Made by a program: the position numbers and the translations under genes. A stretch of DNA of 56,657 bases from a virus. Taxonomy: Duplodnaviria; Caudoviricetes. Within the stretch, counting starts at the first letter, position 1. Every line of letters begins with the position of its first letter. The notes under the pieces are model-generated. The model saw nothing but the letters and a program-made list of their open reading frames with translations. It was not told where the DNA came from and did not search any database. Below, piece by piece: positions 28,865 to 39,231 of this stretch. Where the stretch lies: positions 1 to 56,657 of IMG/VR virus record IMGVR_UViG_3300006115_000011; one strand, 5' to 3'.

Positions 28865-30792
28865 TGAGCTTGTTGTCTACAACATTAAGTAGTGCATCAT
28901 CGACGTCAACAGTAAATACGTTTTCACTTGTTACGTCTGTTCAAACTACTGGTAATTCAATTACATTTCCAACAGGAACTCAAGCTGGTGATATAGCTTT
29001 TATATTTAACTTAGGCTCAGGCACTTCATCAACCAACGTTACACCAACAGGTTGGACAAGCATTGTTTCTAACACTGGTGGAACTACAACAAACAGAAGA
29101 ACCCAAAATATTTCTTATAAAATATTAAACGGAACTGAATCTGGAACAATTACTTGTAATGCAGGAGTCTCAGGTAGCAGCTCAATATATCTTATAGTTT
29201 TTAGAGGAATAAGCCCTTTAGCTTCTATTACAGTAGGAAGCTTAAATACTGCCTGCCAAACCACAACGCCAACCAATCAAACTTTAGCTTTAAATTCTGG
29301 AACAGTTCCAATTCTTGCATTTGCTTATTTTGCAAGTAGTGTAACTATGTCAGCCCATAGCGTATCTCCAACAACATTTACTGACGTTTCTGTTAGTTCT
29401 GGAGGTTATCCAGTTTATGTTGACTATGCAATATTAAATTCTGGAACGCTTGTAAGTAATACAGTATCAATAACTGCTACTGGCACTCAAGCCATGTCTT
29501 CATTTTACATTCAGCCAACATTTGCATCTCTTGTAACTACTAACTTAAAACTTAGCTACGATCCACAATACCAACAAAACAATAACACAACTATTCAGGA
29601 TTTATCAGGTAACGGCAATACTGGCGTATTACAAAGCAGTCCTGCATATATATCGCCAACAGGAAATCCGCAGCGTAATTATTGGCAATGTTCAGGCGGT
29701 GGACAATATATATCCACAACCACATCACAGACATCACCTAATGCATTTACGATATCTGCATGGTTTAACAGTAATGTTACTGGCGGTGTTGGAAATATTA
29801 TAGGGTTTACAACATCTCAAACAGGTATTGGTGACACTATCTACGACAGAAGCTTGCAGCTAACATCAACTGGAGCTGTTAACTTTTATATGTTTAGCCC
29901 AACTGCAACACCTGCAAATAGCAACGTTACAAGCTCATTTAATCAATATAATGATGGTGCATGGCATCAAGCTACTGCTACATATGATGGCACTACAATG
30001 ACTTTATATGTTGACGGAGTATCTACAGGAACACCTGTAACTATAACTGCGCCCACTAACACTCAAACTTATACTGGCTATTGGAAAATAGCAGCTGGAG
30101 TTAGCAGTGGATCAACTGCTGGCTACATGAATACAGCCATAGGCCCAGTGCAAGTTTATAGCGTTGCCTTATCCGCATCTCAAGTATTAAACAATTACAA
30201 CGCTCAAGCATTTAGATACAAAGTTGCATTCAGCGCTTCTGGTGCAAGTACTTCATCATTTACAACTGTTTCTGGAGTATCTAGCGCTGCTGGATCTGGT
30301 CAACCTGCTGGACCTAACCAATTTAATGCTGCCACAAACCAATATGCTGTAAGTCCAATAAGTACAGCAAGTGGAAGCTTATTAAATACAACTATTCAAT
30401 TCTGGGTTTTTTCTCAATTTTTATCAAACAATGCAAACACAAGTGGAACTGTAACTGTGTTTTTAGGTGTTAACTCAAGCTATCAGGGTTTAGCTATAAG
30501 AATGCAAACAAGCAATCCACCTTATTTTGTATATTCTTATACCGCAACTAACAATGCATCAGGTTATATTTCATGGGGATTTTTATCAAATAACTTTCCA
30601 ACAAATACTTGGGTGCTTGTAAAAATACAAATAAACTCACAAGGCTATGCATCAGTTTATATAAATAACATTCTTCAAGGAAATAATATATATATAGCAA
30701 ATGCTATTCAAGGTAATTATGTTGGAATTTCAGGTGACTACCAAACTGGTGGAGCATTTCAAAACTTTACAGTAACTAACGGAATTATATAA
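28864..30792 (+). CDS. Tail-associated protein with a LamG/concanavalin A-like domain
   Basis: DLSGNGNTG, FTISAWF, DGAWHQATATYDG...LYVDG, YSVALSASQVLNNY. Confidence 0.8.
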   Translation: MSLLSTTLSSASSTSTVNTFSLVTSVQTTGNSITFPTGTQAGDIAFIFNLGSGTSSTNVTPTGWTSIVSNTGGTTTNRRTQNISYKILNGTESGTITCNAGVSGSSSIYLIVFRGISPLASITVGSLNTACQTTTPTNQTLALNSGTVPILAFAYFASSVTMSAHSVSPTTFTDVSVSSGGYPVYVDYAILNSGTLVSNTVSITATGTQAMSSFYIQPTFASLVTTNLKLSYDPQYQQNNNTTIQDLSGNGNTGVLQSSPAYISPTGNPQRNYWQCSGGGQYISTTTSQTSPNAFTISAWFNSNVTGGVGNIIGFTTSQTGIGDTIYDRSLQLTSTGAVNFYMFSPTATPANSNVTSSFNQYNDGAWHQATATYDGTTMTLYVDGVSTGTPVTITAPTNTQTYTGYWKIAAGVSSGSTAGYMNTAIGPVQVYSVALSASQVLNNYNAQAFRYKVAFSASGASTSSFTTVSGVSSAAGSGQPAGPNQFNAATNQYAVSPISTASGSLLNTTIQFWVFSQFLSNNANTSGTVTVFLGVNSSYQGLAIRMQTSNPPYFVYSYTATNNASGYISWGFLSNNFPTNTWVLVKIQINSQGYASVYINNILQGNNIYIANAIQGNYVGISGDYQTGGAFQNFTVTNGII

Positions 30793-30802
30793 AGGAATTA
30801 TT

Positions 30803-31252
30803 ATGGCTTTAACATTGGACGGATCTTTAGGCGTAAATGCACCAGGACTTGCATCCTCAGGTGTAACTACTTTAGGAGAAACAACAACAGTCAATACTGG
30901 CGGAGCAAGTGGAACAATAAACTTGTATGTTAATACTCAATCAGTTTTATATTACACAGGTAACGCATCAGCTAACTGGACGCTTAATATTGCAGCAAGT
31001 AATTCATCAACACTTAATAGCTTAATGGCTGTTGGTGAAACTAGAACTGTAACTTTAATGGTTACAAACGGATCTACTGCGTATTACCAAACAACATTTC
31101 AAATTGATGGAACAGGTGTAACTCCAAAATGGTTAAACGGATTAGCTCCTAGCTCTGGTGACGCATCATCAATTGATGTGTATACATTTGCTATTACTAA
31201 AATAGCAAGTGCTACTTACACAGTACTTGCTACACAAACTAAGTTTGCATAA
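30803..31252 (+). CDS. Tail fibre-associated protein (149 aa)
   Basis: TQSVLYYT...IDGTGVTPKW...SIDVYTF motif. Confidence 0.7.
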   Translation: MALTLDGSLGVNAPGLASSGVTTLGETTTVNTGGASGTINLYVNTQSVLYYTGNASANWTLNIAASNSSTLNSLMAVGETRTVTLMVTNGSTAYYQTTFQIDGTGVTPKWLNGLAPSSGDASSIDVYTFAITKIASATYTVLATQTKFA

Positions 31253-31893
31253 TGTCAACAACCATAACATCTGGATCAGGTTCGTTAAAGGCTGAAGGCT
31301 TTGGTGCCTTTAGGTCTAAAACTACATTAATCACAACATCTGGAACTTTTATTGTTCCAAAGGGAGCCAGACAACTATCTATTCAAGTTATAGGTGGGGG
31401 TGGTGGAGGTGGTGGTAGTGGCAATCCTGCTGGAGGTAATGGATCATCTGGCACAGCATCAACATTAGTGGTGTCTGGTGTTACATTAACAGCAGGTGGA
31501 GGTTCTGGAGGTATAGGTTCAAGCACTACGCTTTCATACGGAGGAACTGCATCTGGTGGAATTTTAAATGTATCTGGTGGCTATGGACCAGGAGGTTACG
31601 CTTATGGGTGTTCTACTGGACCAGGTTATCCAAATATAAATGGGTTTACTGGAAATTTATGTCAAATATATGGCTTTGGTGGAGGTAATCCTGGAACTAC
31701 AACGAATTGTGGCGTAACCACAGGAGCTGTAGGCGGAACAGGCGCTTATGTATCTTGGCAAGGAGCTGCTCCATCAGCTGGAACAAGCATATCAGTTACT
31801 GTAGGCATTGGCGGAGGTGGGGGATCAGCAGGTGGTGGAGGTACCATTGGAAATAAAGGTGGATGTGGCGTTGTAGCCATTCAAGTGCTTTGA
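31252..31893 (+). CDS. Glycine-rich tail fibre/adhesin protein
   Basis: TSGTFIVP...VIGGGGGG...ISVTVGIGG glycine-rich domain. Confidence 0.75.
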   Translation: MSTTITSGSGSLKAEGFGAFRSKTTLITTSGTFIVPKGARQLSIQVIGGGGGGGGSGNPAGGNGSSGTASTLVVSGVTLTAGGGSGGIGSSTTLSYGGTASGGILNVSGGYGPGGYAYGCSTGPGYPNINGFTGNLCQIYGFGGGNPGTTTNCGVTTGAVGGTGAYVSWQGAAPSAGTSISVTVGIGGGGGSAGGGGTIGNKGGCGVVAIQVL

Positions 31894-31899
31894 TATAAC

Positions 31900-32244
31900 A
31901 TGACTAAATCTTTGGTACAGGTTGAATACTTAAAGGCAATGTATAGTTGCTTTTGTAAGTTGCCACCTTTCGATAAGATGAAAATGCCATACCCAAGCGA
32001 TATAGAGTGGATTGTAATAGATGATGCAGATTTATACGGACAATATAGGCCGTCACCACATGAAATTACAATGTCTTCCGCAAGAAATGGGCATTTTGAC
32101 ACTGTAGCAAGAACCTTACTGCATGAAATGGTTCATATGTTGTTGTATTTAGAGGGCAAACAATATGAAAAACATAATAAAAATTTCCTTAAATATACAT
32201 ACAAGATAGCAGAAATTTATGGTTTCGATCCAAAAGAGCTTTAA
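31900..32244 (+). CDS. SprT-like zinc metallopeptidase-domain protein
   Basis: TLLHEMVH (HExxH) plus downstream HxxxF. Confidence 0.75.
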   Translation: MTKSLVQVEYLKAMYSCFCKLPPFDKMKMPYPSDIEWIVIDDADLYGQYRPSPHEITMSSARNGHFDTVARTLLHEMVHMLLYLEGKQYEKHNKNFLKYTYKIAEIYGFDPKEL

Positions 32245-32293
32245 TCAGTTATAATGCCTAAGCAGTATTTTATTAACTTTTTAAGGATTTTAT

Positions 32294-32488
32294 ATGATCG
32301 AATTGCAACTAACTATTGAAGAGGTGAACACAATTTTGGCATCTTTAGGCAGACAACCGTACGAAGCAGTATTTAAAGTAGTAGCAAATTTACAAAATCA
32401 AGCAGCACCACAAGTTGCAGCTCAACAAGCAGCTAACCCAGCTCCAGCTGACGAAGCTAAAGTTGTAGACGTAACTCCTGCTGCATAA
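32294..32488 (+). CDS. Small conserved protein (possible fibre chaperone)
   Basis: LTIEEVNTILASLGRQPYEAV pattern commonly found after fibre genes. Confidence 0.65.
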   Translation: MIELQLTIEEVNTILASLGRQPYEAVFKVVANLQNQAAPQVAAQQAANPAPADEAKVVDVTPAA

Positions 32489-32503
32489 CAACTAGGAGTA
32501 ATC

Positions 32504-32677
32504 ATGGCAGAGAAGTGGATTCAAAAAGCGATTAAACACCCAGGTGCGTTGCGTAAAGAGTTGCATGTACCAGCAGGTAAAAAAATACCAACTAGCAAGC
32601 TAAATACAGCTGCTAAAAAATCTGGAAAAATAGGTCAACGCGCACGCTTAGCGAAGACACTTCGTGGCTTTGATTAA
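32504..32677 (+). CDS. Small basic protein (57 aa, MAEKWIQKAIKHPGALR...RARLAKTL)
   Basis: Hand-translated; SD AGGAG. Confidence 0.8.
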   Translation: MAEKWIQKAIKHPGALRKELHVPAGKKIPTSKLNTAAKKSGKIGQRARLAKTLRGFD

Positions 32678-32679
32678 TC

Positions 32680-32856
32680 ATGGTAAAGCACGACGTAGAA
32701 GAAGTACAACATAACTTGCATACTCATGAAGAAGTATGTGCATTACGTTACGAAGCTATTAATGCAAGGCTTAAAAGATTAGAAAGTATTTTGATGGCAT
32801 CGGCTGGTGCCATCATTATCTTACTACTTAGCATTGTTTTAAAAGGTAGTCCATGA
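32680..32856 (+). CDS. Small coiled-coil plus transmembrane protein (XhlA/holin-like, 58 aa)
   Basis: Hand-translated; HEEVCALRYEAINARLKRLE followed by a C-terminal TM segment. Confidence 0.65.
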   Translation: MVKHDVEEVQHNLHTHEEVCALRYEAINARLKRLESILMASAGAIIILLLSIVLKGSP

Positions 32857-33296
32857 ACGAAATTTTAATTGGATTATTGTTTATGTCATCTGTAGGTCTT
32901 GCAGGTGAATTGCCTAATCCAAAAATAACACCAGGACTTGCAAGAGATGTATCAGTGCGTGAATTATGCACTACATCCACGTCATTGGTGCGTAATGTTC
33001 CAGAGTCATTAAAAAAATCTGTGTATAACAATTACGGCATGAATGGTAACGATAGATCATCATGCAAAGAAGGTTATGAGATTGATCACTTAATATCACT
33101 TGAGTTAGGCGGTGCAAATGATGGTCGTAATTTGTGGCCACAAAGTTATTGCGGTGAAAATAATGCACACGATAAAGACAAGTTAGAAAATGAATTGCAT
33201 AGAAGAATATGCAAAGGGCAAATGAGTATTATGGATGCTCAATCATGCATTAAAAATGATTGGGTAATGTGTTATTTAAAAACGTTTAATCAATAA
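32853..33296 (+). CDS. Signal-peptide-bearing HNH-like protein
   Basis: Hydrophobic N-terminus; YEIDHLISLELGGAN..NLWPQ; six Cys. Confidence 0.7.
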   Translation: MNEILIGLLFMSSVGLAGELPNPKITPGLARDVSVRELCTTSTSLVRNVPESLKKSVYNNYGMNGNDRSSCKEGYEIDHLISLELGGANDGRNLWPQSYCGENNAHDKDKLENELHRRICKGQMSIMDAQSCIKNDWVMCYLKTFNQ

Positions 33297-33304
33297 GGGA
33301 TAAT

Positions 33305-33505
33305 ATGAAACAAAAATTATTAGAATTAAAAGATTTTATTGTTGAAGCATTATTATTTAGCTTTAGAGTATTAGTACGTTGGGTTGAAGCTTTCTTAGAT
33401 GAAGCTCAAGTTTTAGCATTTAAGCTAGATACTTTAGTTAATAACGAAATTGTAAAAGAAGAAGCGCAAGCTAAAGCTGACGCTACAGACACAACTGCAA
33501 AGTAA
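33305..33505 (+). CDS. Hypothetical protein (66 aa)
   Basis: SD AAGGGA; in the lysis region. Confidence 0.6.
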   Translation: MKQKLLELKDFIVEALLFSFRVLVRWVEAFLDEAQVLAFKLDTLVNNEIVKEEAQAKADATDTTAK

Positions 33506-33522
33506 TTGCGGTTGCTATTATT

Positions 33523-34005
33523 ATGAGTTTAACTTGGACTGCTGTTAAATGGGCATACGATATAGCCACAACTGATTGGTCTACATTAGATGCTTTTTTA
33601 AAAGTTATTCCAACATGGTTACCTATAGGAATAATGTGTTTAGCAATATTTACATTATTTCTTGAAGTTGTTATGGAGTCTGTGCAAGATATTCCTTACA
33701 TGTATAGACTGCCATTGCGACTTATAACTATTATGGTATTTGCTTTTGGTGCGTATTTAAAAGGCCGACAAGATGTTGTCCTTAATTACGAACATAAATT
33801 AGAGAAGGTTACCGCTCAACAAGTAATAGTAACCAAAAATATAAAGAATAAATATGCAAAACAAATTACGACGATACAACAAAAAAACGATGAGCTTAAA
33901 AGACAAATTAACAGTAAAGATGATAGCGATTGCGAGCTTCCTGCTTCTTTTGTCAGGTTGCACAACGACTCAGTTGAAAGCGGAGTTTCCAGAACCGCCA
34001 AGTAA
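33523..34005 (+). CDS. Inner-membrane spanin (Rz-like)
   Basis: TM segments, coiled coil and C-terminal CELPASFVRLHN; overlapped by a lipoprotein gene. Confidence 0.7.
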   Translation: MSLTWTAVKWAYDIATTDWSTLDAFLKVIPTWLPIGIMCLAIFTLFLEVVMESVQDIPYMYRLPLRLITIMVFAFGAYLKGRQDVVLNYEHKLEKVTAQQVIVTKNIKNKYAKQITTIQQKNDELKRQINSKDDSDCELPASFVRLHNDSVESGVSRTAK

Positions 34006-34162
34006 TTGTATGATTCCTGCGCCATCTTTAAAATTATTAGAAGATGGAAAGCTATCAAATGCTGAAGGAATTATTGTTGATAACTATAGTGCTTATTACA
34101 CAGCTGTAGACAGATTAGATTGTTTACAAGACTGGGCTAATTCGCAAAAGAAGATTAAATGA
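33920..34162 (+). CDS. Outer-membrane spanin lipoprotein (Rz1-like)
   Basis: MIAIASFLLLLSGC lipobox, Pro-rich; overlaps the i-spanin gene in another frame. Confidence 0.8.
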   Translation: MIAIASFLLLLSGCTTTQLKAEFPEPPSNCMIPAPSLKLLEDGKLSNAEGIIVDNYSAYYTAVDRLDCLQDWANSQKKIK

Positions 34163-34383
34163 TACAGATACTAAAACATTTAGTTACTGGCAAAGACAAT
34201 CAAACGCATGATATTGCGCGTTGGTCATGGTTAGTTACTACATTAGTAGTAATTTGCGGTGCTGCATACAATGCATGGCATGGCAACATTTTTGGTATTA
34301 AAGATTTTGCACAAGCAATTGGTGTTATTGCAGGCGCACATGGCGCAGCAGTAATGATGAAAAAAGATACTGAACCACAATAA
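34159..34383 (+). CDS. Putative holin
   Basis: 74 aa, two hydrophobic segments, directly upstream of the endolysin. Confidence 0.6.
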   Translation: MIQILKHLVTGKDNQTHDIARWSWLVTTLVVICGAAYNAWHGNIFGIKDFAQAIGVIAGAHGAAVMMKKDTEPQ

Positions 34384-34829
34384 TGAAAGCGTCTAATGCT
34401 GCTATTGATATTATCAAACGATTTGAAGGATGCCGTTATAATCCTTATCGTGATGCTGGCGGTCTTTGGACTGTGGGTTACGGTCACCTTATTGGGGACG
34501 GTAAGTCTTTGCCTTCAATACTTGATAAACGCTTTACTCAAGCTGAAGTAGATGGTTTACTTCTTCAAGACATTGCTAGGATTGAGCGAGGAGTTGACAT
34601 GTGCATTACTGTGCCTGTTACCCAAAATCAGTTTGATGCTTGTGTTTGCTGGGCTTTCAATTTGGGCGTGGAATCATTTAAGAAATATGTAGCACCATGC
34701 ATTAATGGTGGCGACGATCCAGAAGAAGTAGTTGCGGAAATGGTTAAATTTCATTTCGTAGGTCATACAAGTCTAGATGGGTTAGTCGAAAGAAGAGAAG
34801 CAGAAAAAGAATTATTTTTAAAGGACTAG
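34383..34829 (+). CDS. Endolysin, GH24 lysozyme
   Basis: IKRFEG...YRDAGGLWTVGYGH catalytic E-D-T motif; GLVERREAEKELF. Confidence 0.93.
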   Translation: MKASNAAIDIIKRFEGCRYNPYRDAGGLWTVGYGHLIGDGKSLPSILDKRFTQAEVDGLLLQDIARIERGVDMCITVPVTQNQFDACVCWAFNLGVESFKKYVAPCINGGDDPEEVVAEMVKFHFVGHTSLDGLVERREAEKELFLKD

Positions 34830-34832
34830 AGT

Positions 34833-35471
34833 ATGACAACCGCAGTCGCAATGACCTACGACAGCTTGACTCAAAATATTATAGATTGGCTTGAAAGAAC
34901 CGATCCAGTAACTGTTAATAACATACCTACATTTATTATGTTGGCTGAACAACAATTGGCCACAGATATTAAATTTTTAGGTAACTTAACTGTTGCTGAA
35001 TTTACTTTTGTTGCTGGACAAAACATCGTACAAAAACCAGCTAGATGGCGTAAAACAGTGTCTATGAACGTTACTGACTCAAGCGGTAATGCTAATCCTG
35101 TATTGTTACGCAAGTATGAATACATTAAAGAATATACTCCTAATGGAACTTCAGAAGGGCTTCCACAGTATTTCGGTGATTACGACTACTTCCACTGGAT
35201 AGTAGGTCCAACACCTGATCAAGCTTATTCAGCTGAAGTTCTATACTATGAACGTGTACAACCATTAGATTCTACAAATCAAACTAATTGGTACACTATA
35301 AACGCGCCACAAGCTTTATTGTTTGGCGCTTTATTGCAATCAGCATCATTCCTCAAAAACGACGAAAGAATTCCAGTATGGCAACAACTATATACTGCAA
35401 TTGTTTCATCCCTCAAAACAGAAGACACACAAAGAATTGGAGACAGACAGGCAACTGTTCTTGATACTTAA
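34833..35471 (+). CDS. Tail adaptor/tail tubular A-like protein
   Basis: IPTFIMLAE...GPTPDQAY...LLFGAL motif; upstream of the nozzle gene. Confidence 0.7.
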   Translation: MTTAVAMTYDSLTQNIIDWLERTDPVTVNNIPTFIMLAEQQLATDIKFLGNLTVAEFTFVAGQNIVQKPARWRKTVSMNVTDSSGNANPVLLRKYEYIKEYTPNGTSEGLPQYFGDYDYFHWIVGPTPDQAYSAEVLYYERVQPLDSTNQTNWYTINAPQALLFGALLQSASFLKNDERIPVWQQLYTAIVSSLKTEDTQRIGDRQATVLDT

Positions 35472-35473
35472 AT

Positions 35474-36706
35474 ATGACTACATACACCTCACCCTTTGCT
35501 GGTAACGTAATAGAACCATCCCCAGTCAGTTACGCTGCCTATACGATAACTGCAAACACAACATTTAGCTGGCCTATCAATGGTAACACTAGCACTAATG
35601 TTGTTGCGTCTATTATGGAAATTAGCGCTGGATCTACAAGCGGATTATCTATTTATATGCCGCCAGCAAATCAAGTGTCTGTTGGCCAAGCTACTACAAT
35701 TAAAAATACAGGCTCGCAATATTTTATAGTATTAGATAATACTGGTGGAACTATATGTACAATAACTTCTAATCAAGCTGTTAACATATTTGTTACTGAC
35801 AATACCACGGTTGCAGGTACATGGGATATTGTAACTTTAGGTTCAGGCGGATCTTCAGCGGCTAATGCAGCTTCATTGGCAGGTAAAGGTTTAAATGCTA
35901 CAGGATCAACACTTAACGTAGATTATCCTCCATCTGGTCTTACTGATGGTTATACATTTTTACCAAGTGACTTAGCTCAAACAAAAATTTGGTCAGGTGG
36001 TTTTGGTGCTGCAACTCTTCCTACATCTTCAACAATCGGCGCTAACTGGTTTACAATTTTTAAAAATAACGGAAGTGGTGTTTATACTATTAGCACTTCT
36101 GGAACTGACTTAATTGATAATCAAGCTGCATTAACATTTCAGCCTAATGATTCATCAATGATTATATCTACTGGCAGTGGATATGTAACTGTTGGTTTTG
36201 GTACTTCTAATCCGTTCTTTTTTACTGCATTAACTTTACCATTAACGCAAGGCACAACTACTTTAACTGTTTCTCAAGCTTCATCTATTATTCAAGAGTA
36301 TACAGGATCATTAACAGGTAACTGCGTTGTTGTATTCCCACCAGTTGTTAACTTATACACTATTCAAAACCAAACAACTGCTAACGGACATTCAATTACA
36401 TTAACCACAGGTGTAAGTGGTGGCGCTCAAGTTACAGTTCCAGTTACACCTAATACCATTACAGTTATTTGTGACGGTAAAAACTTCTTTAATGCAAATA
36501 CAACACAATCAGGTACAGCAAGTACAGTTAGCTTAACTGCTGGATCAGCCGCATCACCTTCATTAAGTTTTGCAACAGATAGTGCTACTGGTATTTATCA
36601 ACCTGGTGTAGGATCTTTTGGTATATCAGCTGCTGGTGCTGAATCTGCAATATTTTCAGCAAGTGGATTAGTGGTTCCTAACGGTATCTCTGGAGGTACA
36701 TTCTAG
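35474..36706 (+). CDS. Tail structural protein (410 aa)
   Basis: Thr/Ser-rich; GSAASPSLSFATDSATGIY fibre-like C-terminus. Confidence 0.65.
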   Translation: MTTYTSPFAGNVIEPSPVSYAAYTITANTTFSWPINGNTSTNVVASIMEISAGSTSGLSIYMPPANQVSVGQATTIKNTGSQYFIVLDNTGGTICTITSNQAVNIFVTDNTTVAGTWDIVTLGSGGSSAANAASLAGKGLNATGSTLNVDYPPSGLTDGYTFLPSDLAQTKIWSGGFGAATLPTSSTIGANWFTIFKNNGSGVYTISTSGTDLIDNQAALTFQPNDSSMIISTGSGYVTVGFGTSNPFFFTALTLPLTQGTTTLTVSQASSIIQEYTGSLTGNCVVVFPPVVNLYTIQNQTTANGHSITLTTGVSGGAQVTVPVTPNTITVICDGKNFFNANTTQSGTASTVSLTAGSAASPSLSFATDSATGIYQPGVGSFGISAAGAESAIFSASGLVVPNGISGGTF

Positions 36707-39231
36707 TGACCAAAAAGGTCTTTGGATTAAATACCAAACCTGGTATACAGCGTGACGGAACGCTATTGGATAAAAACTTTTATGTTGATGGCCAATGGGT
36801 TCGCTTCCAACGCGGAAGACCTCGTAAAATTGGTGGTTTCCAAGAAATCACAGCAATATTAACTGGGCCATCTAGAGGTATTTATATTGAACCTCAAAAT
36901 GGTTTTAACTATATCTATAGTGGATATAACAATGGATTTCAATCAGTAGCTATTACTGAAATTGGATTATCAGGCACGCCAGTAGATTTTACTTTAAGTA
37001 ACTTTACTCCAAGCGATGCAAACTTATGGCAAATTGATGCCATGTATGATTCAAACGGAACAGGCAATTCATTGCTACTTGCTCATCCAGGTCAAAATTT
37101 AAATCAAATTGATAGCACAACCAATACACCAGTTTTACAAGGTAATATTGGATCTAAAACTTATACATTATCAGGTGTTGCAATTGGATCAAGCGGATCA
37201 TTTACATGCAGCGCAAGCCCAGTTACTTTAACTGTTGGAACATTGATAACAATAGCTGGAACTAATACTGGCACTGGATCTATTACTGGATACTCAAACC
37301 CAACTAGCTATTACATCATATCTACAAACGGATCTACATCATTTACTTTATCAACATCTTATGGTGGATCAGCTATATCTACAGTATCAGGAACTGCAGT
37401 TGGTTTATCATTTACCGTAACTCCTGCTAACTCAATACCTACATCATTATCAAAGATTGGTGTATTTACAGTTGCTGGATCTGTTAACTCAGCATCTCCA
37501 AATGTGTTTGTGTTACCTAGCGCAAATATTTTAGTTGGAGCAGGCCAAATAATTTCAGGTACATATATTCCAGCTGGAACAACTGTCGTATCTGTTACAG
37601 GCACGAATGTTACGATGTCTAACAATGCTACTGTAGGCAGTGGAACTACAAATATTACAGCTACATTCGATAATAATATATCCGTATCAGGTGGCGTTGT
37701 CGCTGTATATCCATATGTTTTTGTATATGGTAATAATGGCCTTATTCAAAACTGTGCAGCAGGCAATACATTAAATTGGGTATCAGCAGACTCTAATGCT
37801 AATAACGTATCATCTACAAAAATTGTAAAAGGATTGCCAGTTCGCGGCGGATCTAACTCACCATCAGCTTTATTCTGGGCGCTAGACTCATTAATTCGTG
37901 TTTCATACACACCAACAACTGTATCTACTGGCACTGGTTCTGCATTGTCATCATCTACATTCTATTGGCGATACGATATTATTTCATCCCAAACTTCTAT
38001 CATGTCATCACAGTGCGTTATTGAATATGACGGTATTTATTATTGGATTGGTGTTGACCGATTTATGTTATATAACGGTGTAGTTAAAGAAATTCCAAAC
38101 GACATGAATCAAAACTATTTCTTTGATAATCTTAACTATGTTCAACGCCAAAAAGTATGGGCATGTAAAGTTCCACGCTACGGTGAAATTTGGTGGTTCT
38201 ATCCACGCGGAAATTCAACAGAATGTAACGATGTTATTATTTATAACGTTCGTGATAATTTATGGTATGACGCTGGACAAGCTTATGGCGCACAAAGATC
38301 TGCTGGTTTTTATACACAGGTTTTTGATTATCCAATTATGGCTAATTGGAATATTAATGGAACAGGATTAGCTTCAGGTGCAATTACTGGAGCAGGATCA
38401 GGATATACCAACGGAAATTATGCATTCTTAGCATTGCAATATGCAAGCGGAAATGGACAAGGATCTGGCGCTACAATTAGCGCAGTTGTTTCAGGCAGTG
38501 GATTTACAAGCGTTACATTAACCAATAAGGGATCAGGTTATTCTGTAGGTGATATATTAACTGCATATCCTTATTTTAATGTATCAGGAACTATTAACTC
38601 ATCAACTCCAACAATATTTACTTTAGCTTCTCCTAATTCAAACATAGTTCCAGGACAAGTAATATCATGCGGTTATGCGCCTGCAAGTGAAGGTGTATAT
38701 GTTGTTTCTAATAGTGGAACAACGGTAACTTTATCAGCTGCAATTCCTGTGCCAACTGGAATAACAACTAACATTTTAAGTTTTTATGGTGGATCAGGAT
38801 TTACTTATACAGTTCAATCAACAAGTAACTATGTTTCTTTATATCAACATGAAGTTGGTGCAGATGCAATTTTAGCTGGGTTACCACAAACAATTCCAAG
38901 CTATTTTGAAACAAACAATTTAGGATGGGTAACAGGTGGGCCATCATTTGATACGCTTATGGGCGACAATAAATGGATTCGATTAGAACGTATTGAACCT
39001 GATTTTCTTTTAAATGGACCTATGGATCTTTATATTACTGGTAAGCCATATGCTCAAGAAGAAGACGAAACAACTGGGCCATACACGTTTGACTCATCAA
39101 CTGGTAAAATAGACATGAAAGAACAAAGACGTGAAATGCGCCTTCGTTTTGTAAGCAATACTTTGGGTGGTAACTACCAATTAGGTTACCTATTATTAAG
39201 CGGTGATGTTGGCGACGTAAGAGGTTACTAA
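36706..39231 (+). CDS. Tail nozzle/tail tubular B-like protein with inserted beta domains
   Basis: KPGIQRDGT...WVRFQRGRPRKIGG, GEIWWFYP, RIEPDF; Thr/Gly-rich inserts. Confidence 0.7.
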   Translation: MTKKVFGLNTKPGIQRDGTLLDKNFYVDGQWVRFQRGRPRKIGGFQEITAILTGPSRGIYIEPQNGFNYIYSGYNNGFQSVAITEIGLSGTPVDFTLSNFTPSDANLWQIDAMYDSNGTGNSLLLAHPGQNLNQIDSTTNTPVLQGNIGSKTYTLSGVAIGSSGSFTCSASPVTLTVGTLITIAGTNTGTGSITGYSNPTSYYIISTNGSTSFTLSTSYGGSAISTVSGTAVGLSFTVTPANSIPTSLSKIGVFTVAGSVNSASPNVFVLPSANILVGAGQIISGTYIPAGTTVVSVTGTNVTMSNNATVGSGTTNITATFDNNISVSGGVVAVYPYVFVYGNNGLIQNCAAGNTLNWVSADSNANNVSSTKIVKGLPVRGGSNSPSALFWALDSLIRVSYTPTTVSTGTGSALSSSTFYWRYDIISSQTSIMSSQCVIEYDGIYYWIGVDRFMLYNGVVKEIPNDMNQNYFFDNLNYVQRQKVWACKVPRYGEIWWFYPRGNSTECNDVIIYNVRDNLWYDAGQAYGAQRSAGFYTQVFDYPIMANWNINGTGLASGAITGAGSGYTNGNYAFLALQYASGNGQGSGATISAVVSGSGFTSVTLTNKGSGYSVGDILTAYPYFNVSGTINSSTPTIFTLASPNSNIVPGQVISCGYAPASEGVYVVSNSGTTVTLSAAIPVPTGITTNILSFYGGSGFTYTVQSTSNYVSLYQHEVGADAILAGLPQTIPSYFETNNLGWVTGGPSFDTLMGDNKWIRLERIEPDFLLNGPMDLYITGKPYAQEEDETTGPYTFDSSTGKIDMKEQRREMRLRFVSNTLGGNYQLGYLLLSGDVGDVRGY

